Part shown: positions 58,312-64,000 of the stretch, in pieces
How the letters are laid out: every line of letters starts with the position of its first letter
Numbering within the stretch: the first letter of the stretch is position 1
From: Blepharisma stoltei ATCC 30299
Taxonomy: Eukaryota; Protista; Ciliophora
DNA length: 64,000 nucleotides
Assembly (NCBI GenBank): GCA_965603825.1
Contig: CBFDEM010000053.1
Span: 1,054,001-1,118,000, forward strand
Direction of reading: 5' to 3'
Notes under the pieces: model-generated
The model's database searches: none
The model's input: the letters and a program-made list of their open reading frames with translations, nothing else
What the model was told of the DNA's origin: nothing
Made by a program: the position numbers and the translations under genes

Positions 58312-59697
58312 ATGGAAAACTCAAACTTGAAAAAGGTGAACAAATTCAATCCTATTTACTACACACACAATATCAGAGACTGATGAAATTATATGACTTC
58401 AACATTTGGGTTTAACTCACTTTTTATTCTGGCCATGGTCTATTGATCCCAAGGATTACGCCAATTCGGGGTTTTAGCTTCAACCTTATATTACATGGAC
58501 GACTTAAAGCTTGACCCCGCAACTGCACAAATCATAAGAACTTTTACTTTTACAGCTTGGTACATTAAGCCAGTATATGGGATGTTCAGTGATAATATAC
58601 CAATTTTTGGGTACCGAAGGATAGCTTATATGATTTTGGCAAGCCTTTTAGGGATTTCAGCATATTTGAGCATTTTATTTACTGCCAACCTTTATTGGGT
58701 TGTTTTTGCACTGATTTTAGGAGAGTTTGGGCAAGCTATTTCTGATGTAATCGCAGATGCCATTATGGTGGAAGAGTCAAGAAAAGACCCAGTCGGAGGC
58801 TCCGGGTCTTTACAATCATTTTGCTGGATTACTCTTTCATTTGGAGGTTTTTTAGGATCTATATTAGGAGGACTATGCCTCAGCTATTTAAACCCGAAAT
58901 ATGTAATTGCTTCACAAGCGATTTGTCCATTTTTATGCTTGCTAGTATCAGTGAGGCTAGATGAGGAACCTGTTTCAGACCCAATTTCTTTCCAAGCGAT
59001 TTCTTCAAGAATGTGTATACTATGAGATGCTTGCAGAAAGCCTTCAATTTATAAACCTCTTATTTTTATATTTTTATCAAACGCGCTTTCTCCATCATTC
59101 TATGAGCTGATGCTGTATTTTATGAAAAATGAGTTAGGTTTTAGCCCTATGCTACTATCTACACTAAATATTGTAGGGTATATAACCTTAGGATTTGGCG
59201 GATTTGCATACAACAGATTTTTCAAATTATGAAGTTTTCCGAAAATTTTGGGTACTGGACAAGTGCTCAGCTGTATTTGTGGGATTTTTGATATTTTATT
59301 TGTGCTGAAAGCTTATGAATATATACACTTTTCAGCTGTAGCTTTTGCTGTCAGTGGAGATACTCTTAGTGGGATTATAAGCTTTACCTTTAAATCAATG
59401 CCTTTAATGGTTTTAAGTGGAAAGCTATGCCCAGAAGGTGTTGAAGCCACTCTCTTCGCACTTTTTGCATCAATCAGCAATTTTAGCTATGCAGTGTCAA
59501 TATTTTTTGGAGGAATGCTTACACAATGGTTTAGGATTAGTGCAACAAATTTTGATTTAATTTGGATTCTTATGGCCATTCGAGCCCTTACCAAACTGCT
59601 TCCGTTGCCTTTCTTAGGGCTGCTACCTCAGGAAGAAACAAAAAATGAGGATGAAATTATAGAGTTAGAAGTATTAGATGAGCCATTTACTGTGTAA
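58312..59697 (+). CDS. BT1 folate/biopterin transporter (MFS)
   Basis: ATG 58312 with a single frame under TGA=Trp. Motifs VYWSQG, WYIKPVYGMFSDNIPIFGYRR, DVIADAIMVE, LQSFCW and LCPEGVEATLFALF.SISN. Confidence 0.93.
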
Positions 59698-59813
59698 TTA
59701 AATTATCAACTCTAAATGGAATTTTTTGTCTAGAAGTTAATTATTAAGTAAAAATTTCTATATCAGAATTTTCAGTAATTTGGGTTTAAATTCAACCCTC
59801 GTCTCTATAAAAA

Positions 59814-62800
59814 ATGTCTATTCTGACAAGACCAGTCGTTGAGCTTGCAAGCTATATTTTGACTAAGCTCCATGGTGGTTTTCTATTAGACCAATTTGAT
59901 CACAAGCAATTAAAAACAAATCTTGTCGATGGCGTTTACATGTTAAAAGATTTGCGGTTAAATCCAGAACAAATAAACAAAAATTTAAAAGATAGCCCTC
60001 TGCATATATCAAAAGGATCAATAAGCCAATGCACTCTTAAATTCCCTTCATTACTAAGACTTGCGAGTGACCCGACTTCTATAAATATTCAAGGTGCAAT
60101 CATCGAATTTTGCAGCGCTAAGGAATCTGGGTTTCCTGTTTTGAGAGGCCAGCTTTTTGCTTCTCTGAATGAAAGTGAAGAAGATTTACAAGGTGTAACC
60201 CTCCTTACCAAAGCAATAGGAAATTTTCTATCCAGCACAAGCCTGAGAATCAATGTTTTGATAATCAGGATCCGAAATAAGCCAGCGGATAAGGAATTTA
60301 TTCAGATCTCAATTCCTTCATTGCAACTAATAGATTTAGATTCTGAAGAAACAGACGGAAAACACAAATTAATGACGATTCAAGGTCTCTGTGCCAGCAT
60401 TCTGCATGAAGAAGTAGAAGTGCCAGTGTCTTCTGATTATTCAAATATTTGCTCGTTTGAAAATGATATAAGTTTTCGCATAAAAATTTCAAGGGAATTG
60501 CTGAAAATTGACAGTGAGATTGATAATTTGAATTTTATCGTAGGGTTTGATCAGATGATGGCAATGCTAAGGATAGCTTTATCTATGCAGAAAAGCGATA
60601 TTTTGATTGATGAAGCAGAAGTGATTGCTAATGACAACTCTGAGGACTCTGATGAAGAAATAAAGCAAGCTATTGAGAACCCTGAAAATTATATAGATAT
60701 AAGGAAAAAAGAAATCAAACTGAGTTTATCAAATTTTAATTTAGCAGTTCTTGTTAACGAGCACGCAGAGTTTGTAAAAGTTTGGAATGCGAGTTTTGAT
60801 AATTTGGCATCAATACCTGGGTCTTATATTCATGTAAATTTAGCAGGCTTATCTGTTTTCAGCTCTCATTCAACTAGGATAAGACTAGGAAGTTTTCAAA
60901 TAGCTCACCATCACTTAGTGAACCAACCAGACCTTGATTCTTCAGAATTGTTCAAGTCTGCCAGGGAATCTTTTAACTCAGATTTTTTCAGATCTCGTGA
61001 CTCCTTAAACTGGTCCATTGATACTAACTCCCAGCATTTTTGTATAAATTCTGTAGTAGCTATAAAGCCAATATTTAATTTTCAAGAAAAATATAGTGTG
61101 AATATAGAATTTAAGGATACCGAATCAAGATATGAAATTGGTGAAATTGATATAAATATTGACAATGTTTTATTAGAATGCCTCCAAGCTTTTTCTATTT
61201 ATTCTAATAAGGCTCCCAGTGAAGAAAGTAGTGGAGAAGTTACACTAATTCTTGATATTCCAATGATTAAATTGGAATATAGGCACTATCATATAGAAAG
61301 CCATGCACCAAGATGCTGCTGTGAACAAAGTCAGCTGTGATCGTTAGGAGGGGAGATTCAGGAATTATTATGGCACAATTCATTGAAGTCGTCATCGCTG
61401 AAGATCAACACGGTGAGTTTCAGAAGTAAAGAAAATAATACTGAACGCGATATTTTAAAGGGTAATAAATTATTATATGAAATTGGGAAGGTTGGATTAT
61501 TGGAGCCTTATCAAGAAGGGAAAAAACCACTAGAATTTTTGGATTATTATGCTGAAGGACAAGGAAATATACGAATATTCATAGGAAACAAAGCGATTGA
61601 GCCTTATTCTTCTCTTGAGGGCGAGTCGCCTAATATAAAGTACCATGAAATCGATAAAAAAAATGAATACTTAGCTATTAGCAAATGTTTTACATATAAC
61701 AAGCTCCTGCTGCATTCACTAGAAATATGGCTTGATCCAAGCACACTAAAAAAGGTGATATCTCTAATCCCGCAATCTTCATCCAAATCTGAAGTAAATC
61801 TAAATACTGATTATTACTCCTACACAATTGAAAACGCAAATATCCATTTATATGAAAATATAAGCAACCAAAAAGCCACTGCATCTGCCTCATTTTCAAT
61901 TTTTGAATATCTATCATTCACCAACTGCTTTCCGAACAAAATAAATTATAATAGATGTACATTTAACTCCTTTGATATTCAATACAAAGACAATATAATT
62001 GCCCACAACATCGGGCCAGCGCCATTCCTATACGTCCAAGAAGACGACGATATAAAACTTGGCTTTAAAGAAATCATTCTTTACGCTGAACAAATTCCAG
62101 ATTTCGTCGGGTTTTTTGACAATTTCTCCTTTTCAGATAATTCCAAGCCTCCATCCAATGACTCTGAAAATGCCACGAAAATAAATTTTGCTTTTGAAAA
62201 TATCTACTTCGACTATTTAATTGGAGAAAGTAGATTTTTCCTATGCATACAAAATTGTAACCTTTGAAGCATTCTTTCAAGTCCAAATTCATCCAATTTT
62301 CATTTTGCCCTTGATTCTGCTCAATTATTTATAAAATATCCAGTTAATTCTCGCGAGCAAGTGATTTCTATTTCTTCTTTAACATATGTGAAAACGCTAC
62401 AATCTCTTCATTTTGCTTTAATTTCTACGATTACAGACCTAGAAATCTTTTATACATCGATTAAAAAGGAAAAAAATATTGATGAAGCTGATGAAATCAA
62501 TGAAGCTTCGCCACCTTTTATTGAGTGCATGTTAGGATCAGCTGAGTGTAAGCCAATTTTATCAAATTTGTATGTAAGCCAAGAAGTCAGATGTCAGATC
62601 CTAAAAGAAGAATATTTAGAAATTCATGCAAACGTTGGCTGCTGGATTATTCATATGTGCAAAGATACTGTTGATGCAATATCTAGTGTTTTAGGGTCCT
62701 TCAGCAAAGGTCCCAGTCAAAAAGAACCTCAAGTCCCTCAGAGAAAAAAAGAATTCATATCGAACTCGACAAATCAGCATGAAGATATTAACTTGCAAAG

Positions 62801-63971
62801 CTACCTGGCAGAAAACGATAAACCACTCCTACCGCCTCCACTTATGAAAAGATCTTCCTCAGTAAAATCCTCACAAATTTATCATACTCATTTAAATTCT
62901 TCACAACTTCGGCAAACCAATACAATTGACTCTCAATTCCACCAACTTCAGCCCCAGCATGGGTTTCCCAAAGTAAAAATTTCTCTGAGTTTGTTCCATT
63001 TAAGAATAAACCTTTACTCAGGTAAAGATTTTAATGCTTCTCGAGCAATCACCCCTGGGCTTTCATTTATTTGTGAAAATTTAGGACTGAGCTACTCCAA
63101 ATTCCCACAAACTATGAATTATTCTTGGAGACTGGCACTGTCGATTGAAGATTTTGAAGCACTCGATAGGGTAAAGCTAAGCACAGTTAAGCAGCTTATA
63201 AGCTTTGATAAGAAAACTATTAGGAATTTAGGTTCCCAAATGCTTCAATTTGAAATTTCTGGGATCTGGCTATCTCCAGCAATTTCAGATGAAATCGAGC
63301 TGATCGTCAACACAAAAATTTTGCCTCTAAAAATAAGCATCGATCAGCATTTAGTTGATTTTTGCATTGATTTTATTGACAATAATGCAAAATCTTCTCC
63401 AGAGGATCCATCATTCTCTGATATTGAAACAAAAAAGACGACTTTTATTCAGCGGCTTTCTTTTGATGATATTTTTATAAGCCTTGATTATATTCCTCAT
63501 AAGATCAATAGAAATCTTTCTGGCGCAAACTTGCTGAATATTTTCCATATAGAGGATTTTAAAATTCACCTGCCGAGAATAAGCATTACAAGTGCAAGAG
63601 ATTTTCAGCAAGCAATTGGCAAAGCATGGGCGTTTTGACTTAAGCACCTCAAAGAGAGAGAGTTTTTAAAATTTATAAGCGGGATTGGTCCGCTCACTAC
63701 AATAAAAAATCTAGGCAGTGCTTTATATGAAATAGCAAAGTTGCCTTATAGTTCTAATTCTCAGTCAGATGGCGCAAAACAAGCTTTACTGGGGTTAGTT
63801 AAAGCTGTATTTATAGAGACGTTAAGACTTACGGAAACGGTGCTAGGAGGAGCTTACACCGTTTTGCAAACTATGGGAGTTGTGGCTGGCATTGATATGC
63901 CATCACGGCAAATCTTGATAGGGCCTTTGATAAAAGCCCAACATGCGGTGGAGAACCAGAAGTGAAGATAA
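59814..63971 (+). CDS. ATG2: Autophagy-related lipid transfer protein ATG2 (Chorein-N, bridge-like; 1385 aa)
   Basis: Four same-frame ORFs joined through TGA 61338, 62265 and 63636, then TGA 63963 and TAA 63969-63971. Chorein-N start (YILTKLHGGFL...LKDLRLN), PLKISIDQHLVDF, FIQR..ISLDYIP and SGIGPLTTIKNLGS. Confidence 0.85.
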
Positions 63972-64000
63972 TAATACTGTTCTTAATAAATTATATGCAC

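Noticed and set aside
1-63971. Interpreting the many TGA-split ORFs as pseudogenes or selenoproteins
   Set aside because: The TGAs align with conserved Trp rather than Cys, the frames never shift at them, and essential genes (ATG2, DNAI4, CK1) are affected.
1-64000. Mycoplasma or mitochondrial origin (also TGA=Trp)
   Set aside because: Gene content is nuclear eukaryotic (Ras, dynein, RPS3, SRP19, ATG2), and spliceosomal introns are present.
1-64000. TAA/TAG reassignment to Gln as in Tetrahymena or Paramecium
   Set aside because: Every in-frame TAA/TAG inside a gene is explained by a 15-16 nt intron, and the genes end in TAA/TAG.

Overview
AT-rich, gene-dense eukaryotic DNA that reads as the macronuclear genome of a heterotrich ciliate, most likely Blepharisma or a close relative. 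That assignment is inferred from two properties visible in the sequence. (1) TGA is a sense codon for Trp and only TAA/TAG terminate genes. (2) The spliceosomal introns are only 15-16 nt long (GT...TAG/CAG, with A six nt from the 3' end). The supplied ORF track uses the standard code and so fragments most genes. Re-reading with TGA=Trp and removing 11 tiny introns gives about 39 protein-coding genes plus a pseudogene. These include a PKD2-like channel, a KHA/DCX-Ras fusion, two PTS2-bearing acyl-CoA enzymes, a Cep57-like protein, a tandem pair of WD40-like genes, a cNMP-binding protein, PLAC8, SAM50, three MORN proteins (one fused to an MDR oxidoreductase), a CCR4/Angel-type EEP protein, a DHHC palmitoyltransferase, TBC1D23-like, DNAI4/WDR78, CK1, RPS3, SRP19, Hsp33, a BT1 transporter and ATG2. 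The most unusual items are the MDR-MORN fusion, the KHA-Ras with G12A/G13A/Q61M, three apparent pseudoenzymes (CMTR1-like, USP-like, otubain-like), gene-specific TGA/TGG usage and intergenic gaps as short as 9-63 nt. No rRNA, tRNA, CRISPR array, transposase or telomeric repeat was recognised. Family assignments come from recalled motifs, not from database searches.
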